Notes under the pieces: model-generated
Databases searched by the model: none
What the model saw: only the letters and a program-made list of their open reading frames with translations
Told to the model about the DNA's origin: nothing
Made by a program: the position numbers and the translations under genes
Part shown: positions 43,688-52,179 of the stretch, piece after piece
Position numbering within the stretch: the stretch's first letter is position 1
How the letters are laid out: each line of letters begins with the position of its first letter
Origin: Candidatus Methanophagaceae archaeon GoMg1
Lineage (GTDB): Archaea; Halobacteriota; Syntropharchaeia; Alkanophagales; Methanospirareceae
Assembly: GCA_013180605.1 (NCBI GenBank)
Contig: QBUL01000188.1
Span: 1-56,762 of the forward strand
DNA length: 56,762 nt
Direction: 5' to 3'

Positions 43688-45115
43688 GTGAAAATGAGTT
43701 CGGAAAAGCCGAAGGTATCGGAACAGCTATTTGTTGAGGCGCGGGATTTAAAGGATGAAAAGGTTTATTTCATTCTTGACCCAAATAAACCCTCTTGGGC
43801 TTTTATTAATAAAGATAGTCTGGAAATATTGAACTTGTGCAACGGTAAAAACGCAATTCATGATATTTCAGGAATAATTGCAGATAAATATGCGATAGAC
43901 CAGAAAGAAGCGTTAAACGGCGTTGAATCCTTTTTAAATAGCATGATTAATATTCAAGTGATACACTACAACGAGACGGAGGAAGTAGATGCCCACGAGA
44001 CAACAGCTTCTGTCAATTCGTTCAGAAGTCTGGCAATGGAAATAACAAAAAAATGCAATTTGAGATGTGTTCATTGCTATCTACCCGCTGGAGAGAGAGC
44101 GGAAGAAGAACTGACTACCGAAGAGATAAAAGAACTGATAAAATCAGCCAAAGAACTCGGCGCGAGGTCAGTAAGCATCGGTGGCGGCGAGCCTCTGATG
44201 AGACCTGATTATATTGAGATAATAGAATATGCACTTTCTTTGGATTTGTTAGTTGCATTAGGTACCAATGGGACGCTAATAGATGAAAAAATTGCGGAAA
44301 CATTATCAAAATTACCAATTAAAATTCAAATAAGCCTTGATGGCGTCAGAAAAGAGACACATGACCGTATTAGAGGAAACGGTAGTTTCGATTCGGCGGT
44401 CAGAGGGCTGGATAACCTTATCGAAAAAGGTATGGGAAAAGACATCGTTATTGCTTTTACTCCGATGAGTTTAAATGCTGATGACATTCCGGAACTAATT
44501 GATTTCGCACTTGAAAAGGGGATACAAGTGATTCAGTTTCCTCCTCTTTCATCGTCTGGGCGAGCAAAAGCGAGATGGGACGAATTGAGGCTTTCTGATG
44601 ATAAAAGACTATGGTTCTGGGATTTTATTTCGAAGAGATCAAAAGAACTGAAAGGGAAATTAGATTTACTCGCAGAATGTTTCTCGCTGGATATAAACAA
44701 CCCAGGAAATCCTTACAGATGCTCAATAGGTAGTCAGTTGCGGATTGCCCCGGATGGAGATGTCTATCCCTGCCAGTGTTTTCATTTTGGTTCTGAATAT
44801 TGTATTGGAAACGTAAAAAAACAACGTTTGGAAGAGATTGTGAATAGTAAAAAGCTGAGGGAGATAATAAAAACTTGTTCCGCAAGACCTTCAAAGATAG
44901 ATCAGTGCAGAGAATGCAACTGGAGGAATTTCTGCGGTGCCGGGTGTATGGGAAATGCCTTTGAAGTCAATGGAACAATTTGGAGCCCTGATTCTTGCAA
45001 TGTTAGAAAGCAGTGGATTGAAAAATTATTTCACGCAAAATTTAATGAGATTTATCGCTTGGAAGATAAAGCCATAAGCGCAGGTGATGCATTAAAAAAG
45101 TATGAAAATGGCTAA
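43688..45115 (+). CDS. Radical SAM/SPASM-domain maturase with an N-terminal PqqD-like (RRE) domain
   Basis: N-terminal YFILDPNKPSWAFINKDSLEILNLCNGKNAIHDISGIIADKY is PqqD-like. CNLRCVHCY is the CX3CX2C motif. GGGEPL present. SPASM cysteines CSIGS...PDGDVYPCQC and CRECNWRNFCGAGCMG. Confidence 0.85.
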   Translation: MKMSSEKPKVSEQLFVEARDLKDEKVYFILDPNKPSWAFINKDSLEILNLCNGKNAIHDISGIIADKYAIDQKEALNGVESFLNSMINIQVIHYNETEEVDAHETTASVNSFRSLAMEITKKCNLRCVHCYLPAGERAEEELTTEEIKELIKSAKELGARSVSIGGGEPLMRPDYIEIIEYALSLDLLVALGTNGTLIDEKIAETLSKLPIKIQISLDGVRKETHDRIRGNGSFDSAVRGLDNLIEKGMGKDIVIAFTPMSLNADDIPELIDFALEKGIQVIQFPPLSSSGRAKARWDELRLSDDKRLWFWDFISKRSKELKGKLDLLAECFSLDINNPGNPYRCSIGSQLRIAPDGDVYPCQCFHFGSEYCIGNVKKQRLEEIVNSKKLREIIKTCSARPSKIDQCRECNWRNFCGAGCMGNAFEVNGTIWSPDSCNVRKQWIEKLFHAKFNEIYRLEDKAISAGDALKKYENG

Positions 45116-47513
45116 AAAACTCGATAGCGGAATAGCATTGGTGTTTGTTGTGCTGATAATGGGATTGCTTGATGGCAGTCTAAGCGCGGCAGCAAATGAC
45201 GAGGCGGTGATAGTAAACGAAGAGGATCGCTCTAACATCAATTTCCCCTCGGATTATTATCCAAGTGACACGACCCCACCAACCATAGCAATAACTTGTT
45301 CTCCAGAAAATCCCACCGCTGATCAGCAGATTACTTTTAGCGCAACAGCATCGGATAGAAGTGGAATTAACAGAATCGAGATATTGGTGAATGCAAGAAA
45401 GGTAGAAGAATGCTTTGACTCAGGTTCATGTATCTATATTGGTGGACCTTATCCCGACTATGCAGGAACATCTGTGAGTTATGGTGCTAATGCCTACGAT
45501 AAGGCAGATAACAGAGCGTGGACTGGCTACAAGAGTGTGCACATATCCGAGCCAAGGGATATAATCCCTCCTACCGTAATAGACAATACACCAGTCGGTA
45601 CAGATGTCCCGGTTACAACGGAAATAACCATTACATTTAGTGAGTCTATGAACAAGGAATCGGCAGAAGACGCATTCTCCATTTATCCTGAAGTCACTGG
45701 CAGATTTGATTGGAATGAGAACATGATGATCTTCAAGCCACATTCTGATCTTGATCACGAAACAGAATACATTGTAAATCTCAAAGGTTCTGATCTTAAT
45801 CAATTCACAGGACAGCTTACACATCTCGAAGGAGGGAACTGGGGTGCAATGGATTTAGCAGAAAACATCATGGTAAGATCATACAACTGGGAATTTAAAA
45901 CCAACTCTCCTGAACGCATACCACCGACCGCTATAATATCTGCACCCTCAACGGAAATAAATGTGGGTGAAGGTATGATTTTCAGTGCGGAAGCGTCCAG
46001 CGACCGGGATGGTAAAATCATTTCTTACGATTGGGACTTTGGTGATAGTAATACCGGTGCAGGAATAAGCGTAGAACACACATATCCTCACAGCGGGCAT
46101 TATACAGTCACACTCACGGTAACGGATAACGATAAGTTATCTGACACCGACACAGTGGATATAAGCGTTACTACACCAGCTCTTTCTGTTTCAATCTCTA
46201 CAAATCCTATGCCCTCTGGTGAATCAGACGAGATAATAGTTCAAGTCTTCTCAGATGGCAATCCCGCAGCTGGTGCTAATGTGTATCTCTCATCCACACT
46301 CGGCAGTCTCTACCCAACTGAAGGGGGGACCGATGAAGATGGTGTGTTTGTTTCGACTTATACAGCACCACTCGTGTCTACCACTCAACGGTATACTATT
46401 TCTGCTATGGCGGAAAAAGAGGGATACGAAGAAGGAATAAATACCGTTTCGGATTCGATTTTTATTGAAACAATACCAGCTCTTTCTGTTTCAATCTCTA
46501 CAAATCCTATGCCCTCTGGTGAATCAGACGAGATAATAGTTCAGGTCTTCTCAGATGGCAATCCAGTAGCTGGTGCTAATGTGTATCTCTCATCCACACT
46601 CGGCAGTCTCTACCCAACTGAAGGGGGGACTGATGAAAGTGGTGAATTTGTTTCGACTTATACAGCACCACTCGTGTCTACCACTCAACGGTATACTATT
46701 TCTGCCACGGTGGAAAAAGAGGGATACATAGAGGGAAAAGATTCTGTCCCGAATTCGATTTTTGTAGAGCAGCCGCCAATTACTACGCCAGCACCTGTGG
46801 TTACACCAATTCCAACGCCTGAAGAAACTCCCACACCTGCGCCAACACCACCTCCTTCACAGCCAATCGTTCCGATAGCGATAGCTGCGATAGCAGCAGT
46901 TACGGTTTTAATATATATGTTCAAAGTGAAGAAGCCGCCAGAGCCTCAACCAGGGAAAGAGAAGAAGAAGTCTGAACCAGATGAAGAAGAAAAGCGGCAA
47001 TATGGTTCAGTATCCGCAAGTTCTGATCCTGATGGTGCTGTGGTTTTATTAGATGGAGCATATCATGGTATATCGGCAATGAGAATGGATAACATCCCAA
47101 TAGGCCCTCACGTTGTTGTATTTGCAAAGTTCGGCTATTTCAAATGCGAAAAAAAGGCAATAGTTAACGCAAATCAAACAACCCATGTTCATTGCGATTT
47201 AACGGAAATACCGGAGATAAAACTGAAACTCTCAGCAGAACCTACCGAAATCCCTGCCGATGGGAAATCGAAATCCATGATAACGATAAGGATAGAAGAC
47301 AAGAATGAAATACCGATTCCTGTTCCAGAAGATATAATGGTAGAATTAGTAACAAATATTGGAAAGATAGAGAGTCCGGTCAGAATACCTGCTGGCAGAG
47401 CTTCAGTTACTGCGACTTTGACATCCTTCGCAGTCCAAGGAACTGCCACGGTAGAAGCAACGGCCGAATTCTTGAAAGGCAGCACAACCGTTGAATTTTC
47501 TCAATCTACATAG
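45102..47513 (+). CDS. Multi-domain surface protein (Ig-like, PKD, two Big-like repeats, Pro/Thr linker, TM helix, PEGA-like and Ig-like C-terminal domains)
   Basis: Signal peptide. The PKD motif is ISYDWDFGDSNTG...HTY..SGHYTVTLTVTDN. Linker is TPAPVVTPIPTPEETPTPAPTPPP. TM helix is IVPIAIAAIAAVTVLIYMF. The PEGA-like motif is SDPDGAVVLLDG...IPIGPHVVVFAKFGY. The start overlaps the radical SAM gene by 14 nt. Confidence 0.75.
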   Translation: MKMAKKLDSGIALVFVVLIMGLLDGSLSAAANDEAVIVNEEDRSNINFPSDYYPSDTTPPTIAITCSPENPTADQQITFSATASDRSGINRIEILVNARKVEECFDSGSCIYIGGPYPDYAGTSVSYGANAYDKADNRAWTGYKSVHISEPRDIIPPTVIDNTPVGTDVPVTTEITITFSESMNKESAEDAFSIYPEVTGRFDWNENMMIFKPHSDLDHETEYIVNLKGSDLNQFTGQLTHLEGGNWGAMDLAENIMVRSYNWEFKTNSPERIPPTAIISAPSTEINVGEGMIFSAEASSDRDGKIISYDWDFGDSNTGAGISVEHTYPHSGHYTVTLTVTDNDKLSDTDTVDISVTTPALSVSISTNPMPSGESDEIIVQVFSDGNPAAGANVYLSSTLGSLYPTEGGTDEDGVFVSTYTAPLVSTTQRYTISAMAEKEGYEEGINTVSDSIFIETIPALSVSISTNPMPSGESDEIIVQVFSDGNPVAGANVYLSSTLGSLYPTEGGTDESGEFVSTYTAPLVSTTQRYTISATVEKEGYIEGKDSVPNSIFVEQPPITTPAPVVTPIPTPEETPTPAPTPPPSQPIVPIAIAAIAAVTVLIYMFKVKKPPEPQPGKEKKKSEPDEEEKRQYGSVSASSDPDGAVVLLDGAYHGISAMRMDNIPIGPHVVVFAKFGYFKCEKKAIVNANQTTHVHCDLTEIPEIKLKLSAEPTEIPADGKSKSMITIRIEDKNEIPIPVPEDIMVELVTNIGKIESPVRIPAGRASVTATLTSFAVQGTATVEATAEFLKGSTTVEFSQST
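46176..46775 (+). repeat. Exact-period 300-bp tandem duplication inside the surface-protein gene
   Basis: 46176-46475 and 46476-46775 both begin ccagctctttctgtttcaatctctacaaatcctatgccc. They differ at only a handful of positions over the first ~240 nt. Confidence 0.9.
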
Positions 47514-47582
47514 ATTATATGTAGTTGTATAAAAATTACCCACTTCTTTTTTATACACTTAATCCAAAGGAATATTACAAGG

Positions 47583-48077
47583 GTGTTTTTAATGACTTTT
47601 GATATGATTAACATGTTACCTGAAAGCATTCGGGTGATGTTAGTAGCGATGCTGCCATTTGCAGAACTTCGGCTTTCCATACCCATTGCGTTAGCGAACG
47701 AGATAACACCCCTGCAAGCTTTTGTTCTGTCCGTGATGGGGAACATGCTACCAGTGGTGCCTTTACTTCTTTTTCTCGACCCGGTTTCAAACTGGTTGAG
47801 AAGATACACTATCTTCGAGAGGTTCTTTAACTGGCTATTCTCAAGAACAAGGAGATATAATTATAACAACAGAATGGAGAAATACGGCTCTTTAGCGCTG
47901 ATACCTTTTGTTGCAATACCTCTACCATGGACAGGTGCGTGGACAGCGTGTGCAATTGCTTTTGTATTTGGCATTCGGCATAGATATGCGTTTTCAGCTA
48001 TTTTCGCGGGTGTAACAATAGCGGGGATAATAGTAACGCTGTCGTGCATGGGTGTTTTGGTGATGATAGGTGTGTAA
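47583..48077 (+). CDS. Small membrane protein (COG2426-like putative small multidrug export protein)
   Basis: MLPFAELRLSIPIAL motif and 4 TM. The likely ATG is at 47592. Confidence 0.55.
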   Translation: MFLMTFDMINMLPESIRVMLVAMLPFAELRLSIPIALANEITPLQAFVLSVMGNMLPVVPLLLFLDPVSNWLRRYTIFERFFNWLFSRTRRYNYNNRMEKYGSLALIPFVAIPLPWTGAWTACAIAFVFGIRHRYAFSAIFAGVTIAGIIVTLSCMGVLVMIGV

Positions 48078-48118
48078 ATAAATTATAGACGCAGATTAAC
48101 ACAGATTAACGCAGATGA
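48076..48118 (+). repeat. Cassette left module only, at a convergent gene junction
   Basis: aaataaattatagacgcagattaacacagattaacgcagatg, starting within the stop codon of the upstream gene. No right or promoter module follows. Confidence 0.6.
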
Positions 48119-48183
48119 AGAGATCAACTTTGATGGATAAGGACCGCGAAAAGGAGAGTTTCGGATATATATGAACGAATGAG

Positions 48184-48795
48184 TCACAATTCCATCTTCT
48201 TACGCACATTCCTGAACAACCCTCCATGTCCGGAGATAATAAAATCAGCAACCGCGGAGATTTTTTTGATGCTTTCTCTTGCTTTCTCAGCGGAGAAAAA
48301 ATCAGAATTATAATCCCAGACTTTATTTTGGATGAAATATGCGTAGGATACAATCGCATCGCCTGCCACAACAATGCGAGGACTGCCTATTCCGCTGATT
48401 CTCCCACGCAGTTCAAAAGATCCCTTGTAAACCAATCTTTCTGCTTGGAGAACTACGGAAGCATGGTGTTCTGTATGCCCTGGTGTCGCCAGGACATTCA
48501 CACCTTCCGCTATCGATTCATCATCGCTCACACCCGTGAAATCCAATCCGAAATTACCCATTGCCTCAACCAATATCTTTTGGTTTCGCTCTTTATTCCA
48601 TTCGCTTATGTCCGTTTCATATTCAAATCCCGTATCAACTATTATCTTCCTGTCTTCCGTTTCGATGTACGTGATTGTTTACCCTCCACCCATCCCACAA
48701 AAATACTCCATTGCAACCAGATTGGAGTCTGGTCTCTCAAAAGCCTCAATCGTCAGAGTTCCTACTTTTATCTGCTTTACATCTTTCACGCACAT
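48184..48795 (-). pseudogene. MBL-fold hydrolase-like gene interrupted by an in-frame TAA
   Basis: MCVKDVKQIKVGTLTIEAFERPDSNLVAMEYFCGMGGG-TAA(48679-48681)-TITYIETEDRKIIVDTGF...ATPGHTEHH...SGHGG, all in one frame. The canonical HxHxDH segment also appears to be missing. Confidence 0.55.
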
Positions 48796-48895
48796 CCTTC
48801 TTCCTTCTCCTCATTCTTTAGAGGCTTAGTTTATTCGAAACTTAGTTAAACACAAAATAAGCCCGGATTGAAACCTAACTAAACCGCCAACCCGC

Positions 48896-49483
48896 TCACT
48901 TCCTCGCCACATACCGCCCTCGTTGTTCTATCTCCTTTACCCTTCTCAACACTTGTGAGGCACCCGAAAATGTTTCCTTGTAGCCCTCTATAAATGACTC
49001 TTTTAACTGTTCATACGATTCGTGCGTGCCGCAAAGGCTTTGGAAAAATACATGTACATCCACGCCCCGTGCTTCCGTGCTCGACTCGATAAAGGATAAA
49101 CCGAAATCTATAAAGTAGATGTGGTTATGGTTGTCTTGGTTCACAATAATATTAGAAGTGGTCAAATCGCTATGAATTATGCCGTTTTTGTGCAGTATAC
49201 CCACGAACTCGCCTATTCTTTTGCTTATCGATTCGTCAATCACCTCTCTCGCCAAATCGCCTTCTATTTTCTCCATCACGAGTTCGTAATCGTTAATATC
49301 AAAAATAATAGGCGTGGGCACGCCTTTTCTTCTCGCTTCGGATATCAGTTTCGCTTCGCTTTTTGTCCGCTCTCTCCTTATCCGCTCGTCTATCTCTTTT
49401 ACGCGGTATCGCTTCTGTATCCGCCTCTTATACACGAGGTCGCCCTTTATTTCTACTATCGCTTCAGCGCACTGTATTTTCAT
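48896..49483 (-). CDS. bud32: KEOPS kinase Bud32
   Basis: AEAIVE...KRRIQKRYR...IRRERTKSEA, LHKNGIIHSDLTTSNII and FIDFGLS. Start trimmed to ATG 49483, since the longer ORF overlaps the divergent gene. Confidence 0.85.
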   Translation of the reverse strand: MKIQCAEAIVEIKGDLVYKRRIQKRYRVKEIDERIRRERTKSEAKLISEARRKGVPTPIIFDINDYELVMEKIEGDLAREVIDESISKRIGEFVGILHKNGIIHSDLTTSNIIVNQDNHNHIYFIDFGLSFIESSTEARGVDVHVFFQSLCGTHESYEQLKESFIEGYKETFSGASQVLRRVKEIEQRGRYVARK

Positions 49484-49583
49484 AAAACAAACGGTTTTTT
49501 CCTTTTTCGTAAACGCTTTTTCTAAAAGTGTCAAAAATAGAAAAGCTTTTATATCCAAATAAAGAATATTTAAAAGAGAAAAA

Positions 49584-50963
49584 ATGGCGAAAAAAGTGGT
49601 GATAATTGGTGGTGGTGATGCGGGGACATATACGCTGGAAGCTATATTTAAAAAGGGAGCAGAGGTTCTCAAGCAGTTTGACATAACGCTTGTGAAGAAG
49701 GAAAAGGGTGGTTCAGCATCTATTTGTGCAGTCCCCTTTGCATTGCAAGGAGTTTTTAGCATGAAGGAAGTTGCAGAGATAGACCCACCAAACACTTTTA
49801 TTGGCCATGGCATAGATTACCGAACAGAAACAGAAGCTACAAGTATTGACTTAGAAAATAGCATCGTGAGTCTCGGCACGGAAGAGGAAATAAAATACGA
49901 ATATTTAGTGATAGCGACGGGGAGAAAGCCACATATCCCCACAGTAGAAGGAACAGACCTAAAAGGTGTTTATACAATGAGCACCGTAGAAGACGGTGAG
50001 AAAATAGAAGATGCAATGAATGCTCCGGAAGCGAAGAACACGGTGGTTATCGGAGGTGGTCCGATTGGGCTGCAAGTGGCTCTTGCTTTTTTGAAAAAAG
50101 GATTGAAAACAACAGCAGTGGTTGGGCATCCAACGCCGCTATCCAGTATGTTAGACCCTGATATGGGCTCAATAGTTCGTGAAAAGATGGAGGGAGAGGG
50201 GGTCGAGTTCATCTTTGGTAAGCCCGTGGATTCTATAAAAGGCGACGGTGCAAAGGTGAAATCTGTTGTGGTAGGTGGAGAGGATATTCCTGCAGATATC
50301 GTCGTGATCTCAAGAGGGATGCTTCCAAATGCTGATTTGGCGGAAAAAGCGGGTATAGAAATAGGAGAGACGGGTGGAATAGTGACAGACCCGTTTTTAC
50401 ATGTCAAGAAAGGCGGAGAATACATAAACAATGTATATGCGCTTGGAGACTGTGTAGAAGTTGTAGGTGCTATTACACTTCGTCCAAGACTGAGTCAACT
50501 CGCTTCTACCGCGTTAGTGCAGGCTAAAGTTGTTGCAAATAATATAACAGGCATTAGTTACTCGCTTGAGCCCTCTTTGAGCCCAGCCATAGCAACTATT
50601 TCAGATCTCCAAGTGGGTTCAGTAGGAATTACATCGGCGATTGCAGAGAGATACGGGATGAAAGTAATAAGCGGTAAAAAGGAAAAGCCCACAAAAGCGA
50701 GATTCTATCCCGGAAGGAAGTCAATGGCAGTGAAATTGCTTTTTGATGCTTATACTGAGAAGTTGATAGGTGCGCAACTGATTTCTGAAGACATGGTTGC
50801 AGATAGGATAGACGGGCTCTATAATGCTATAAGGAGTGGGATGACCGCAAAGGAATTGAGTAGAATGGAGAAGAGCTTTGACCCCTGCGTTTCATTGCAT
50901 CGCGATGTTATGGTTGATGCTGCAGAAAGCGCAGTGGCGCAGTTTGGAAAGGCGGAGGTGTAG
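49584..50963 (+). CDS. FAD-dependent pyridine nucleotide-disulfide oxidoreductase (NADH oxidase / CoA-disulfide reductase family)
   Basis: VVIIGGGDAG, a single redox Cys in SICAVPF, VVIGGGPIGLQ and ALGDC. Confidence 0.8.
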   Translation: MAKKVVIIGGGDAGTYTLEAIFKKGAEVLKQFDITLVKKEKGGSASICAVPFALQGVFSMKEVAEIDPPNTFIGHGIDYRTETEATSIDLENSIVSLGTEEEIKYEYLVIATGRKPHIPTVEGTDLKGVYTMSTVEDGEKIEDAMNAPEAKNTVVIGGGPIGLQVALAFLKKGLKTTAVVGHPTPLSSMLDPDMGSIVREKMEGEGVEFIFGKPVDSIKGDGAKVKSVVVGGEDIPADIVVISRGMLPNADLAEKAGIEIGETGGIVTDPFLHVKKGGEYINNVYALGDCVEVVGAITLRPRLSQLASTALVQAKVVANNITGISYSLEPSLSPAIATISDLQVGSVGITSAIAERYGMKVISGKKEKPTKARFYPGRKSMAVKLLFDAYTEKLIGAQLISEDMVADRIDGLYNAIRSGMTAKELSRMEKSFDPCVSLHRDVMVDAAESAVAQFGKAEV

Positions 50964-51042
50964 AAAAAATATCGAGGAATCAGGTTGGGGTGGTTGATAA
51001 GACAAATCTTTAGAAAAGGTTTGATCCAAATCACCTGGGTTT

Positions 51043-51078
51043 CTTTGATCAAACTTCCTTTTTAAAGAAAGTTTGATT
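51043..51078. repeat. Palindromic repeat (gatcaaactt.ctttt.aaagaaagtttgat)
   Basis: ctttgatcaaacttcctttttaaagaaagtttgattg. Second copy at 54831-54866. Here it overlaps the last codons of the UPF0282 gene. Confidence 0.6.
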
Positions 51079-51930
51079 GTACAGCTCTCTCCTCCTCGCC
51101 TCCAGCATCTCCACTTCACGCCCGAGATATTCCGCCGCCGACGTCACCTTCACTTCCTTTTCCGCTGCGTATTCATACACCTCTGCTATCCGCTCCTTAT
51201 ACTTCAAGTCGCGCATGAAATGATGCTCTACCAGGATGGTTTTTACCGCGGTCTCTTTTATTATCTTCTTCATATTCGCTATGGACAGCTCCAAACTCTT
51301 CCTCGAATACCTGAAGCCAAGCATATATGTCATTGGTCCGTCTAATATAACGAAGTCAGGATTTTCTTGAACGATGAGTTCCACCTGCGCATCCACGGAA
51401 GGACCCTCAACGTCACTTGTAAAAACCATTTTCTCACCACCGCGTGAAATGCTCACTTCCACCACATACCCCAGCCGGGGATTTGTGCCATGATAAACGG
51501 GAGATGAGAATTTTATACCCGTAGAACCATGCTTAAATTCCTTCCCATCTGCGGTATCTATGGATTTCGGTATCGCTTTTAACTTATCCATGAAATAAGA
51601 AGCTCGTTTCTCCTGGCTTTTGTTTATCTTCTCCTTCGGATGTTTCAAGTAAACAATCTTGTCCTTGTATATATCAGGCTCATCGGGGTTGTGATGGTCG
51701 TAGTGGTAATGCGTAACCACAAGGACGTCACTTCGAGCGGTATGCTCTTTTATGTCTGCCCATGTCTCGTTCATCCTATGCTCTTCTATTGGATGCGGTG
51801 GTAACTTATATCTAACCGGTGCTAACGAAACGCCGGGGTCTATTAACACCGCCACGTCATCGGTCTCCACGAACGTCGCCATAGACCGCACACCAAAACT
51901 ATCAAACGCCAGCGGTTTTACCTTTAGCAT
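51049..51930 (-). CDS. UPF0282-family MBL-fold protein (archaeal)
   Basis: KPLAFDSFGVRSMATFVETDDVAVLIDPGVSLAPVRYKLPPHP and THYHYDHH. Confidence 0.75.
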   Translation of the reverse strand: MLKVKPLAFDSFGVRSMATFVETDDVAVLIDPGVSLAPVRYKLPPHPIEEHRMNETWADIKEHTARSDVLVVTHYHYDHHNPDEPDIYKDKIVYLKHPKEKINKSQEKRASYFMDKLKAIPKSIDTADGKEFKHGSTGIKFSSPVYHGTNPRLGYVVEVSISRGGEKMVFTSDVEGPSVDAQVELIVQENPDFVILDGPMTYMLGFRYSRKSLELSIANMKKIIKETAVKTILVEHHFMRDLKYKERIAEVYEYAAEKEVKVTSAAEYLGREVEMLEARRRELYNQTFFKKEV

Positions 51931-52078
51931 TGTGTATAAAGTACAGCCTCTTTCTATTTAAGACACTGATTAACACAGATTTAAAGTAGTTTAAATTTTG
52001 ACAAGTTGTTAATTGAATTTAATCAGGACAGTAGCGTCTGTGTAAATCTGTGAAATCTGTGTCTATGATAATTATCAA
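51931..52078 (-). promoter_or_regulatory. Complete intergenic cassette abutting the UPF0282 ATG (leaderless configuration)
   Basis: Minus strand: gataattatcatagacacagatttcacagatttacacagac ... aatctgtgttaatcagtgtcttaaatagaaagaggctgtactttatacaca-ATG. Confidence 0.65.
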
Positions 52079-52179
52079 AATGGGTAAACTATATACTAGG
52101 AGTTCCCCTATTCTTCATTCTCTCCTCCTCCGTGTCTCTGCGTCTCTGTGGTTTCATTTTTCTTGTTTCGCACTGTTCC

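Noticed and set aside
48896-49813. Full 305-aa ORF for the bud32 region.
   Set aside because: - The N-terminal 110 codons have no kinase homology.
- They overlap the divergent oxidoreductase gene (49584 onward) and look like antisense translation.
- The gene was trimmed to ATG 49483, where Bud32 homology begins.
39-52078. Possibility that the recurring cagattaac / taaatctgtg repeats are a CRISPR array or arrays.
   Set aside because: - The units are 9-10 bp, directly abutting or separated by 0-3 nt.
- They occur as 2-4 copies per locus in inverted pairs around gene boundaries.
- There are no 25-40-bp repeats alternating with unique spacers, and no cas genes.
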